This document shows positions 1 through 13,390 of a stretch of 64,000 nt of DNA, one piece after another (position 1 is the first letter of the stretch; the number at the start of each line of letters is the position of its first letter). The DNA lies in contig NC_087437.1 in the NCBI RefSeq assembly GCF_036321535.1, forward strand, positions 85,624,001-85,688,000, in the 5' to 3' direction. The notes beneath the pieces are model-generated. The model made no database searches. It worked only from the letters and a program-made list of their open reading frames with translations, and had not been told where the DNA came from. The position numbers and the translations under genes were made by a program. The DNA is from Camelus dromedarius. Lineage: Eukaryota.

Positions 1-1624
1 TGTGCTTCAGGTGCCTCGGTGGTCCCAGATACCACCCCATCCTTGTAAAACAATTAAAACCAAAACAACCAAAACAGAGGAGTATAGTAGACACTTGAAC
101 AAACTTGTCTTGTAAAAGTGTATAATTACTTATTTACCTCACAATGTATATCAACAAAAACTACAAATTCATCAGGAATTTAAAGGTTTAAGTCTTATGA
201 AATTATGGATAAAATCTTATAACCTTTAGAGTAGAAAAGGCATTTTAAAATCAAAAGGCATGTGTTATGTTTGCAATTATCACATTTATTAATAATAACC
301 TGATGCATAGAGGAGATTTCTGGAGCAGAGGCATATTAATTACTTTATTTACATAATAATAGTTGCACTGACTTTCCTTTGGCTTAATTCTTTCCCCTAG
401 AGCAATGTGATGAGAACCAGAAGTCACCTAAATGGACAGGACTCTGTGCTGTAGGTGAGAAGCACCAAAAAAATGAATCTGTGTACTTTTGTACACACTG
501 TCCTTCTCCCCTTCTTGAAGGAGGGAGAAAACCTTTTATTCCTTGGGAAGATTCTGACTGCATATTACACCCTTTAGAATGTAAATAAATCTCTCCTTGG
601 GAAAGATAAGAATATTGTCTTCAGCTTTGCAACCCAAGGATATCTCCCTGTCGCAGGTCTCTGCACTTTTGAAAAGTAAATGCACACTTCCAGAGTTAGA
701 GAAATCTCTCTGGGGTTCTCACGGTAGTATATTAACATTTAAGTCTTACTCTTTTAGACTAGGTCCCAAATTTCAATAAGATTTTTCTCATAAAATGTGA
801 ACTATGCAGTAACATAAAAATATGTTCTCTACAAGTCCATATCATGAAAATTAACAACAATGGGGACCTAAAATCAAAATTTTTCCATCAGAAGAATAGA
901 CAAGGAAAATAGAACTATATAATTTTCAATATAAAAGTTTTATTAGTGTTTAAAGTATACCAATCTTATGCTAAATTTTAAGGGAAATTTATCATAAAAT
1001 TTCTAATACAGGAAGCACTGAATGATATTATGACCAATGCTTTGATTCATCTGAAATTAGTAACTCAAGATTCAGAGGCTACTTTATACCCTTGAATTCA
1101 TTTATTCCCATACCATATGACATTTGTCTTAAATTATTTTTATTTATAAACACTTACATGTACATATATCATTTTAAATCAGGATGGAAATATTTTGATT
1201 CACCGCATCTTAGTGGGCAGATAATAAAAGATAATTTCAGAAAACTACTGCTTATTATTTTGAATTTTGAAATGATAATCTTGTTTATTGAAAAATATAT
1301 TATTAAAAAATCTATATTAGCAGCTCAGTCATTTTCAAAATTTGTCATAGAAAAAAATAAAATATTTCCAAAGTTAATTTTGGAATCAGAACTGATTATT
1401 TCAATCAAGATATTTTCTTTGTAGTGGATAGACTTGGAAGGAGAGTTTCTTAACCTGAACTGTACATTAGTCTTCATGGAGAACTTTCTAAAAATATCAA
1501 TGCCCATTTATCTCACCCCAAGTTAGTTGGTTAAGTTACCTAAACGTGGATGGAGTCTGGCCAATGGTATATTTAAATACTCCCTCAAGTGTTCAGAATC
1601 TTGTTAAAATCAGGTATTACAATT

Positions 1625-2070
1625 AAGGATTAAGTCCAGCTGTATGCAAGAGAAATTCCAAACAAGCCTGAGGTTTATTTTTCCCCCAGGTAACTAGAAG
1701 AATGGAAGTAGGCAGTCCCCGTCTAACATAGCAGGTCAAAGATCTCTGGAGCTGAGGTCACTGTGAATCTGTGCTCTATCTTTTACCATCAGGTTTAAGA
1801 CGGCAGCTACAGCATCAGTTCATGATGTCACATTATAGCCAGGAAGAAAAACAGAAATATCAAAGACAAAGCACCAGCCAACTGAATCTGTCTTTTTCTG
1901 AAACTGTCTGGAAGAGTCAGATATCAACTTGTATTTACATATTATTGGTCATCATTCCTTCAGTTAGTGCTATCGAATACAGTATTTCAGCAGAGTGCAT
2001 TGATTCCTCCAACAAAATTTAGATCTGTTGATAAGGATGAAAGGTGAGATTATCAGATAGTAGTCTGCTA
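1625..2070 (-). mobile_element. Old MaLR LTR fragment (MLT1J/K-like)
   Basis: Degenerate MLT1-type phrases (gaggtttatttttc...gtaggcagtcc...catcattccttcagttagtg); recognised by eye. Confidence 0.4.
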
Positions 2071-2419
2071 CTCCTGTAGTGATGTTCTATGAGGTCTATG
2101 TCCCCACTGTTCTGAAGTTATGCTTAAAATACAAAGAAACAATGAAGTAATAAAAGAAAAGAATTATAAAATTACACTTCTATTCATCAAAAAGAATGAC
2201 ATAAGTATCTATAAGAAAGATAATCCATGTCAAAATTAAAATGTATGAATTTTATACAAATTTCTCATGACAGTGAAAGTGTCTACTCCTTTGAAAATGT
2301 AAACAAATAGCTGAGAACAATATTTTAATAGAAGGCTATTACAAGATTTACTGTTATTAAAAGAACCAATGGACCTAAATTTGGAACCACAGTGTCTGTA
2401 GACTCAAATCGTTTTATTA

Positions 2420-3377
2420 GATTCTCTAAGGAAGAAATACAAATGATCAATAGGCACATGAAAAAATGCTCAATATCACTAATTATCAGAGAAATGCAAA
2501 TCAAAACTACAATGAGGTATCACCTCACACCAGTCAGAATGGCCATCATTCAAAAGTCCACAAATGACAAATGCTGGAGAGGCTGTGGAGAAAAGGGAAC
2601 CCTCCTACACTGCTGGTGGGAATGCAGTTTGGTGCAGCCACTGTGGAAAACAGTATGGAGATTCCTCAAAAGACTAGGAATAGACTTACTGTATGACCCA
2701 GGAATCCCGCTCCTGGGCATATACCCAGAAGGAACCCTACTTCAAAAAGACACCTGCACCCCAATGTTCATAGCAGCACTATTTACAATAGCCAAGACAT
2801 GGAAACAGCCTAAGTGTCCATCAACAGATAACTGGATAAAGAAGAGGTAGTATATTTATACAATGAAATAGTATACAGTCATAAAGACAACAACATAACG
2901 CCATTTGCAGCAACATGGATGTCCCTGGAGAATGTCATTCTAAGTGAAGTAAGCCAGAAAGAGAAAGAAAAATACCATATGAGATCGCTCATATGTGGAA
3001 TCTAAATTAATTAATTAATTAAATTAAAAAAAGAACATAACTACAAAACAGAAACAGACTCATTGACATAGAATACAAACTTGTGGTTGCCAGGGGGGAG
3101 GAGGGTGGGAAGGGACGACAGACTGGGAGTTCGAAATTTGTAGATACTGACAGGCATATGTAGAATAGATAAACAAGATTATACTGTATAGCACAGGGAA
3201 CTATATAGAAGATCTTGTGGTAGCTCACAGTGAAAGAATGCAACAATGAATATATGTATGTTCATGTATAACTGAAAAATCGTGCTTTACACTGTAAATT
3301 GACAAACATTGTAAACTGACTATAGTTCAATTTAAAAAAATCAAAAACAAAAAACAAAAAAAAGGAAAAAGAAAAAA
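2420..3377 (+). mobile_element. 5'-truncated young LINE-1: ORF2 C-terminus, 3'UTR and A-rich tail
   Basis: ORF 2392-2850 reads [30 protein letters not shown]...[18 protein letters not shown], the L1 ORF2 Cys-rich C-terminus. G-rich 3'UTR and A-tail follow. 14-bp TSD aaatc(g/a)ttttatta at 2406-2419 and 3378-3391. Confidence 0.97.
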
Positions 3378-6300
3378 AAATCATTTTATTATTAGGCTCA
3401 TTAGATTTACCAAGATAAATTTTTGAAGTGAAACAAAACTGGATCCTAATGTATGGGACTGGCACTTGGTATCAAAGTTTAAATTAATTGTTTATAACTC
3501 AAGACAATAGTGGCCTAATATTTGAAAGAAAGTCTAACTTCCATGTTTCATTAGTTAATGCTGACTATAGTCCAATTTAGTTTAGTATGCTTTATAAAAC
3601 AGAATGTTCTGTGTCAGCATGCCTTAAAAATTATAAAGTTTTGTAATTATCTCCCAACAGAGTGGAATTAATTCAGAGCAAACTACTCAAAGCTGCTAAT
3701 GATTGCATGATCAGGTAATTTTACTGTTTTAGCAAACAGTGATAACATGTCTTTAAATTTCATTTAACTTTGCTTTGATTAATGTATATCTAATAGAAAA
3801 AATTTCTCACTCTTAGGAAAGTTATTAGTTTGTATTTCTTTTGGTGGAATTTTAATATAGTAGAAAAGCCAACTTTTATAACTACTGCTACACCCATAAA
3901 TAATGAATGCTTTACTTTGCATAATCAAAAATTCTCTATATAAATATGATATGATTGAATTTTCTGTACACAAACTCTTTGATATTTTAAAAGAGTTAAA
4001 TTTGAACAGATTTTAGATTTCATTAAGGTGATCCATGAAGTTACAAAGGATGGGAATTATGTTATTCCCTTTAACTAACCTTTTCATTATTATTATAAAG
4101 TCCTCTAATTTTAATCTAATTTTCAGAGACACAGTTAATGAATAACTTTATAATATATTAAATGAAAACAAACAGAAGAATAGCTATTATTTTCAAAAGG
4201 AATATGCTGAAGTGTTTTACAGTAGTTTGTGCCATGCATAGTGTTGTATTACACTATTGCTTGATAGAATGGAAACATTCATTATTGGAAGGTGTCTTCA
4301 AGTTGGCAGCTTGGCTATTATTTTAAAGATGTGATTAAAAAAAAGTATTACTCTGAAAAAATACACCATGAACAATGGGACAATAACTCAAATGTAATAG
4401 GAAATGAATTATTACATTTCAACATTATTTTCCTGGCTATAAGGACTAAAACAACTGAACTTTATGCCTAGTTTATACAAGTTCCATTTGTAAAGTGATG
4501 ACAATAAACTAGAGACTAACCACCTTCTCATGATAATCTACTTCAAAATTGTGGGCTGAGCGCATTCATTTATCTCCTTTCCTATGAGCCATAATACAAT
4601 CTCAGTAGAGGTAAAACAAAATAGCAAAAAGTAAAACACCAACTAGCTGCAATAAACAGGAAAATTTCTAGATGATATTAATCAGTTAGGGGAGTGGTGC
4701 CTAATAAATGAGAAAGAAACAATAGCAATAAAATTAAATCAACAATTAGGAAGTAATTCTGACCTGCTGAACCCTAGAGAGGGCAAGAACCCCCAAAGAA
4801 GGCAAGTTCAAGTTAGAAGTATGTCTGAAAAAAGAATCAATTCAAAGTCTCTATGTATGTAGAACAGTCTCATCTTTCTCTCTTCTTAATTGCCCCTCCA
4901 GGCACATAGCTTTCACAATTAATATTGATTTATCTGATGAAAAATATCTTTGAGATAGCCAGTCTTTCTATAACTATTACTGATGTGATGAATGCTTTGT
5001 GTGATAAAGAGATTCATAAACACATATGTATTATGTTCATGCAAAAGTACAAAGTTCTCCAAACAAGTTATGGTGGTTGTAATTCTGACATTTGGTAATG
5101 GAGGTGCCTCTTTTTTATGGTGAGTGAAGGAAGTATGGTGATGCACAAAAGGAAGGGGAAAAAAAAAGAAATAAGTAACATAGCTCAAGTAACACAAGGT
5201 CAAGTATGACAAGGAAAGGAAAAAAATCTGATTAGAAAAAATATACTTATACTACAGAGGAAAATAAATAAATAATTTTCTTATTTGAAAAAATACATGA
5301 ATTGCAAGCCATAACACATATTCGGGACAATGGAAATCAATTATAGTTGAAATAAAGGTGACCTGAATTTGGCTAGCTTTATATATACTAAAACATTTAA
5401 CTGAAACACATTTCTCAAATTTTCACACTTTAGCCATAATAAACAGTGATTATCAGGAGAAGACTTTTAAGAAATGGCTTTGGCCATCATTTAATTGAAG
5501 TCATTGAGTTCTATTTGGATGCATTTAAATGTACAGAATAATTTCTATTTTTTTTCTGGATTATTGGTTTAATTATTTTAAATATGCTGTCACTTATTCA
5601 AGATCTCCTAGAAAATAAAGTAGTAAATAACCTCTTTTTACCATTTTTGAATTTTTTATCAAAATCAACCAATATACTTATTTTAGGGTTAAATCAACAT
5701 TGTTGATCAAAAAAAACAAATCCTGAAGTGTAACTTTAAATACAACTTACATTCCAAAATTTTCACAAATTTCCCAGAATTTTATTTTACTTTTAGTAAG
5801 TGGACCATGTGTCCATGAGAAAAAGCTCGACATAAATCTTGCAACACACTTTATTTTAGCTAAATTAGCTGTCCTGTTCTTAATTATTCAAAACTCCATT
5901 AAATAAATTAGGAATCCGAGAAGCATATAAGAATATATTTCCTAATTTTTCCTGTTTGATTAATGAAGCAAGAAAATTAATCACTATTAAGAAAGTGCAG
6001 TTTCAACTCATCAGACAGAAGTTGTTGAAATATATGGGACAAGAAAGCTTCATAAATTAAGGTTCATGCAGATTTTCATAAATACGTATGTGGGTGTGTA
6101 CATGTTGATAGGTAGATACTAGAAATATGTAATAATTTAGCCACACCTATTAAATGATGGGAAATTGTTTATTAACAAATATTCATAAAATGTCCAAACT
6201 CTTTGGTGTGAAAACTATTTCTCCTGGTGATGGTTAAAATGAAACTTGGGAATTAAGAGAGAAAATTTGCCATGAAACCTAGCCTTGAGAATGGACCAAA

Positions 6301-8239
6301 GCTGCTGTTGAAGAGAAATGGAAATGCACTAAAAATTAACTAAACCAATTCCCTTCTAAATCCAGAAAGAACTTAAAAATAAAGTCACAGAAATTTAAAT
6401 CCAATATGGAGCCTGGAGAAAATGTCTAATTCTCTGACAAAAAAGTGAATTACCCTCAAGTTTAACCTATAGAGTTAATAATCAGAACCAAGGCTCTTAT
6501 TTCCCAGCCTTATGCCCTTTCTGCAGTTCCACATCAACCCTGAGAGGAGAGGATCTCAGGGCTAATGAACACACTGTTCTGTTGCTAACTCTTGGGACTT
6601 TAGATCTGCAAAGATGTGGGGGGTGGGGGAGGCAGGGATTGATATCATGGCTGACAAGACAAATCTGATAAAAATGCATGCAGTTTTTTTTTTTTCTTCT
6701 GTGAGCCACTTCCAGAGTAATTATTTTTACAGAGAATTTTTGATACTAACAAGTGTAGATTGAATGTCAGAATGTGGCAGGTACCCAGGGTTGTCACTCC
6801 CTCAAAATAGCACAGCTGTCAACACATCTTGATTTCCTCTATAATTAGAGAGATTTACTCTATTAATCACTTGAATGCCCAGTGGACAAATGATATATTC
6901 ATAAGGTGGCACCTGTAGCAATAAGTGAATTCTGAAAAATTACTGTTAAAAAGCAAACTATGTTCAATGTACAGAGTTCCTTCCAAAGTACTTCTTAAAG
7001 AGTGTCTAGATGTGCCAGAATTAATTGTTGATCCATTTAGGTGAACCAAACATCAGTCAGTTCTGGAAAAAATAAGGCATCTGATTGAACTAACTGCATG
7101 TTTGTTTAACTTGACAGTTATAAATGCAACCATTCCACTATTCAATTAATAATTTAATTTAAAATACATTTTGTTGCATTTTTATTTCTGCAAAAGTAAT
7201 GTATGTTTATTTCAAAATATGTAAAAAAAATCATGAAAATGAAAATCATCTGTGATCTTACACACACTATTAGCATTTTAATATATATGCTTCCAAGCTT
7301 TTTTCTCATGTATATATGAGTTACACTACATACTGTTTAAATAATCTAAAATTTTACTATAATCAAAACTATTTTTCTGTCAATAATTTTCCAAAAACAA
7401 AGTTTGATGAATTTATATTATGAATTAAATGATTTAATCAATCCCTCACCTCTATACATGTATGTAAGTAATTTCTTTTGAAATAAAAACTAGCTACATT
7501 TTTTTAAAGTATGTGATATGTATAATTCTTCCAATAGTGAAAAATGAATTTGTTGGGTTGTCTAAAGGAAGAAAGGAATAGATGATGACATTAAATTCTA
7601 TTTCAGTTGGAGTATTTTAATAGCAAACCTTGAATAAAGAACTTAATATTCAAAGGATATTGGTTGAAAGGTTTCAGTTTTGAAACCAAAGCATTTTATG
7701 CTCTTAATTTTTCCAGATGTTTTCCATGAAAGAGAGTTTAGGACTCTTGTGAAAATTATAGTTATTAGTGCATGATTGGAAACAGCAGAGGTAGAAAGCC
7801 AATAAAATGGACTCACGGGGAAAGGTTTAAATTTCTGGTGTCGGGAAACAGCTGTGTTTTAAGTAGGTTTGTGTGTGTCTATACACAAACACACACATAT
7901 ATGTACTATTTACCTAATAGGAACTTTAATAAACAATTGCATTTAACTTTGTTTCAACCTGATGAGAGAAAAGGATTATCATATTAGTACTACTGCTGTA
8001 TAGATCCAGAAGCAATGGTTGTGTATATTAAATAAACTTCTTGATGGCATACAACTGGTAAGAGGAGAAACTAGGATTCATTGTATCTGCATTTCTATAA
8101 TTAGCACTTCCATAGTGAAAGGAGCTAAAGCAATGTCACCTCCATCCCTCCTCCTAGTTTTGGTGACAGAAATTAAAGTTACTAAGACTTTTTATATGGC
8201 CCACCAAAATACAGCCTCTCTTGAAGATTACTGCAAGTA

Positions 8240-9120
8240 CACTTGAAAAAGACGTGTATTCTGTTGTTGTCAGATGGAGTATTCTACAAATGACTATTAG
8301 GGCAAGGTGGTTGATAGCATTGTTCAAGTCTTCTACCTTACTGAGTTTCTATCTCTTATATCAACTACTGAGAGAGGTGTATTGAAATATAATTGTAGAT
8401 TTATCTGTTTCTCCTTCCAGTTCTCTGAGTCTTGCTTCATGCATTTTGAAGCTCTGTTATTAAATGCATGGATGTTTAAGATTATGTCTTTTTAATGAAC
8501 TCATCTTTTTATCATTTGTGTAATGAGATCTCTTTAATCTCCAGTTATATTCTTTGCTCTCAAGTCTACTTTTCTGATATTAATATAGCCACTCCAGTTT
8601 TCTGTTGATTACTGTGAGCATGATACCTCATTTGTCATTATTTTATTTTATCCTATTTGTATCTTGATATTTAAAGTGGGTTTCTTGTAGGCAGCATATA
8701 GTAGGAACTTGATTCTAAATAAATTGGACAATCTATGCACTGTAATTCAGTTGTTTAGATTATCTACAGTTGATGTGGTTATTGATATAGTTGGGTCTTA
8801 ATCAATCATCTTGAAATTTATTTTCTATTCCCCTCTATTTTCTTGGTTCTTTACTTCTTTTTCTGCTTTCTTTTAGATTTAGTAGTTTCTATGATTCCAC
8901 TTTTCTTTCTCCTCTGTTATCTAGTTAGTTTTAACTTGTCGTTGTTTTGTTGTTTTGTTTGCTTTAGAGTTTATAGGATACATCTTTAACTTACTACATT
9001 ACAACTTCAGCTGATGCTACTTAATGCATTGTATAATAATCTTACAACAGGATACTTTCATTTGCCCCCTTGACCTTTTGCTATGGCACACGTATATCTT
9101 ACTTCTGTGTATAATAATAG
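8240..9120 (-). mobile_element. Old L1M fragment (ORF2 5'/inter-ORF region)
   Basis: Typical antisense L1M text (cacttgaaaaagacgtgtattctgttgttg..., ttcatgcattttgaagctctgttattaaatgcat..., taaagtgggtttcttgtaggcagcatatag). Confidence 0.8.
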
Positions 9121-9559
9121 CCTCTCAGAGTTTCTCTTAATTTTGAAACTGCATCAACGCACTTTAAACATGACATTTTTTTCTCCAGAATTTCTAGGAA
9201 TTTAGAAATTGGAGTTAATTTCATGGTATGCCTATTGTATTCCAAGAAATATAAATCAAATATCTTTAAGCATATTTTAAAAATAAGAAAATGTGGTACT
9301 TTCATCAATGCCAGTAGTCCTTGAATAAAGACACACGAAAAAGGGGGAACTAGTAAAAGGTTCCTGATGGCCAACGCAGTTCTAATTTTTAATAAGAGGA
9401 CTAAAGAGACCATACACTGGGTTGAAGAGCATCCTACTGATCTCACAACAAGAATTAAAAAGTAATTGTATGTGTTAAATTCAGAAGAATGAACTTTTCC
9501 CTTATTCTGCTTCTGTTTATGAAAACAAAACAAAACAAAACTTTTCAAAATGGCCCACT

Positions 9560-11022
9560 AATGTTACCCTCCTATCCTATTAAATTACATCTTCATCCTT
9601 CCAACTGTAAAGAAGAAAACTCTTGCAGTCATCTTTGAATATTCTTTCCCTCACACTCCATGTTTGGTTTATCAGGAATTCATTTAACCTCCATATTCAA
9701 TATTCAGGTCTTTGATTCCTCCTATTCTTTTATTTCCTAAATCCATTTCAGCCTGGCCTTTGCGAATACTATTTCACCAAAACTGCTTCTTTCAAGGATC
9801 TTTTGCCAAGGACCATTCTTTTGTGTGTGAGTGTGTGAAATTTTTATCTTGGTGTGCAATTTATCACTCTTTATTTTCTTGATTTTCCTCTAATTTGACC
9901 TATTCATTTTTTTCTTTTTGGCTGACTCTCAAATGTGTAACTTCTAAAAATGAGAGTTACAAGAACTCACTCCTTTAAACGTCTTTTATAGCTATAGTGT
10001 ATCCACTCTCCTGGTTTTCATATCTATAGCACTTAAAATTGTTGATTTCCAGACATCTTTTTAGCTGCCTTTCTTATATTCTGCTTTGATATTTATAGGA
10101 GTCTCATATGTAACATTTCTAAAGCTCAACTCATGTCTCTTCCTCTCATTTCATCTCCCAAACCTTCTCCTGTCTGCCATAGTCCTCTCGAAGCTATCAC
10201 TGAATTCTCTCTTTCTCTCCTACCTTACATTGGTTCCATTAGCAAATCCATAGTCTTGAATTCAAAATATATTCTGAATCAGACTACTTTCTCCCACCTC
10301 GGTCACTAACGTTGTCAATGGTACTAGTATCTATCCTGTGGATTACTGTAGCTGCCTCTTTCCTGATGTCTTTGCCTCTCCTGTGTGATCACATAAAGAC
10401 TATTCTCAATACAGCAGTCAGTACTAATCCTTTTAAAGCACAGAATAAGGGATGGTATCCTTCTGTTCAAAACCCTCCTCTGTACTAAAATTTTACTCAG
10501 AGTAAAAGCAAACTCTTTACAAAAGCTTAGAGTAATTCAACAAAAGCCTGTGATCTAGACCCAACAATATCTCTGCTGTTTGCTCCGACTACTCTGTCTC
10601 TTGGTCCATCTTTCTCAGTACAACGGTCTCCTTTACGTATTTTTAACTTGTGGATCATGTTTCAGCTGTTGGGTCTGAGTATTTGAAATTTCCTTTGCTT
10701 GGAATACTCTTCTCGATATCTTCATATCTCACTACTTCAATTTCTTTCTATTTTGACCAATTATCACCTAACTACTTAGAATGTCTTCATAGAATAGCCA
10801 ACTTTCCCTCTACTTTCCATTCTCTCCTATTTTTATTGTTCTTCATAGCATTTATCTTCTGACATACCATGCATTACTTCCTTATTTCCCACACACTCAC
10901 TGAAATGTAAACTCCAAAATAACAATTTTCTTCCCATTTTGCTCAGTGATATAATTCTAGTATCTAGAAGAGGATACTGGCAGGTGCTCAAGAAAATGTT
11001 GGCAGAATTTATAAGTGAATGA
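9560..11022 (+). mobile_element. Degenerate LINE-2 3' region
   Basis: Pyrimidine-rich L2-like text ending in an L2 terminus (caggtgctcaagaaaatgttggcagaatttataagtgaatga). Confidence 0.7.
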
Positions 11023-11182
11023 TATTTTCATCTTTCATATTGTGAATTCAGTAGAGGGTAAGAATAACTCATAAAGAAAAAGTATTTACTGATACTAAAA
11101 GAGCATAGAAATAAAAAAAGTACATTTCAAAAATTCAAAGAAGAAAAAGATTAAAAGAAGAAAAAGAAAGATCTAAGACAGT

Positions 11183-11589
11183 TATGGTATGCAAAATAAT
11201 GGACCCCAAAGATGTCTGTTCTAATCCCTGAAAATTGAAAATATTATGCTACACAGCAAAAGAGACTTCACAAACATGGTTATATGATTTCTTAAAATTG
11301 AGAAACTCTCCTAACTCTGGTCTGAAAGAGATGTGCCAATGAATGAAACATCAGAGAGTTTCTGACTTTGACAATGCAGGAATTCAAGGAATGTGTGAGG
11401 TCTTTAGAAACTGGAAAAGAAGCAAAATGGATTCTCCTCTTGTGGCTTCTGAAAGGAGTACAGTTTATTTTAGCCCAGGAGAACTTTATCAGAAGTCTGA
11501 CCTACAGAATTGTAAGATAATACATTTTTGTTGTTCAAGGCCACTGAGCTTGTGGCAATCTGTTACAGCCACAACAGAAAACCAGTACA
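11183..11589 (+). mobile_element. MaLR solo LTR (MLT1C/D-like)
   Basis: Starts aataatggaccccaaagatgtc...ctaatccctgaaa; ends ttgtggcaatctgttacagccacaacagaaaaccagtaca. Confidence 0.8.
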
Positions 11590-11899
11590 ATAGCATAGGA
11601 TAAATTCATGGTCAAGGTGATGAAGACAAGAGAAAAAGCAAAAAATAAACACAAATCAAAGTAAGAATGAAAGTATGGTAACTTCACTGTTAAATGAAAC
11701 ATTAAAAGCACAGAGGAATTTCATAGGATTTTTAGAGTATTTTCCAAACTTTATAGAAATATATTTGAAAATTGATCAATAATTTATTATTTTCTAAGTG
11801 TAAATTTTAATAGTGTTACTGTATAAGCAAAAATTAAATATATGCACATGGAAAATCTGTGAACTAATTAAAGTGCTTCTATAATCTGCCCCCTGCCCT

Positions 11900-13372
11900 G
11901 CATACACACACACACACAAAACATTAGGCTTAGAGGCTTCAGCCATCAGTACTCTATAATAATCAAAGATGACATAAATTAGATATTATTTAAACCATTT
12001 CAGATCATAGAAAAGGCTTAAAATTTATTTTCACCAGAGATACCTACACATAAAAATTAGCAAGAAAGAGAAATTACAATATTGGTCATGTTAATAAAAT
12101 AAAGAAGAAAAAATATGTAATGTTAGATGGAATTTTTCAAAAAGTTTAACACTTTTCTTCGTTAAAAAAAAAGAAACTTAAAATGTGAATAATGTGAAAC
12201 TCTCTTGAAAAGACAAAAAAAAATCCAAAATAAATGTAAATGCTCAACTAAAAGCTTTCATGTTGCAAATCATGATATATACTAGACAATTTTTCCTTAT
12301 GGTCAGAAACAAGAGGTGACTGAAAAATATTGTATTATGTATTATTGACATGAAAGTATTAGGTAATATAAGTCAGAATAGGAAAAAGTATAGAATTTAA
12401 AAATTGGAGAGAAGCTAAATCTTCATGATCCCCATATAGTATGATTTTATAGTTGAAAAGCAACCAAAATCAGTTGAATACTGTTTGGAAAAAATAATGT
12501 GCCTGTTCACAAAAATGATCTACTTAATCAATAGACTGTCTATGTAGAAACAATTAGAAAATACAGAGAGAAATAGATTATATTTAAAATATAAATAAAT
12601 ATGGTAAATGTACCTTATATGAAGTGGATTGGAATTCTAGGAAGAAAGGCATAAAATTTTTCTTAGGTACATGAAGAAGACATCTTTAATGCAAAACCTA
12701 TTCTGGGTGAGGAGACTATATTCTAAAATATCTATAGTTTCTAAATTAATGAATAAATAAAGTGGAGGTTACCAAAAAATGCCAAAAGCTTTAGTTTTAG
12801 TTTTTGTTTTTTTTAACCTAGGGTGATTATAAAGTTTCTGGAGAATTAAACATGAGAAAATTGGAGAAAAAAAGAATTTACAATGTAGGAATTTAAAATT
12901 CTAGCCTTTCACATATTAATACTGTTAAGAAAATCCATTAAATAAAACATTTTGGTATTGATTAATAAAATGAAGAAAGGATATAATAAATAGAACAGAG
13001 AGTGCAGAGAGAGACTCAAAGATCTATTTGAATTTAAACATGACAAATTAGGTATTTTAAACATTGAGGGAAATGAGGAAATTCAATTACTCAATACAAA
13101 TTATTAGTTCAATTGTCTACCAATCATGGAAAATAAAAGCTGATTTCAGTTTCACCTCCTTTATAAAAATTAAACCCAGATGTATCTGAAATGAAAAGTA
13201 ATTCATAAAATTACTGAAAGACAAACACACACACACACACAAATAAACAAATCTTAGGTGGTACAAATTCCATTTGGAGAGGTCTGTTGTCTTGCTAAGC
13301 ATAAAGCTAAATGTTGGTAAGTCTGAGTTTGTAAAGTAAAATAATTTTAAAAGAATAAAAACTCCTGCAAGG
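11900..13372 (+). mobile_element. Highly degenerate old L1 (L1ME-like) ORF2 remnant
   Basis: A-rich L1 ORF2-like phrases (gaaatagaacagagagtgcaga-like text at ~12990, aaaaattaaacccagatgtat, aataaaaactcctgcaagggaaaaatactaccataaa). It is interrupted by the younger element at 13391. Confidence 0.6.
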
Positions 13373-13390
13373 GAAAAATACTACCATAAA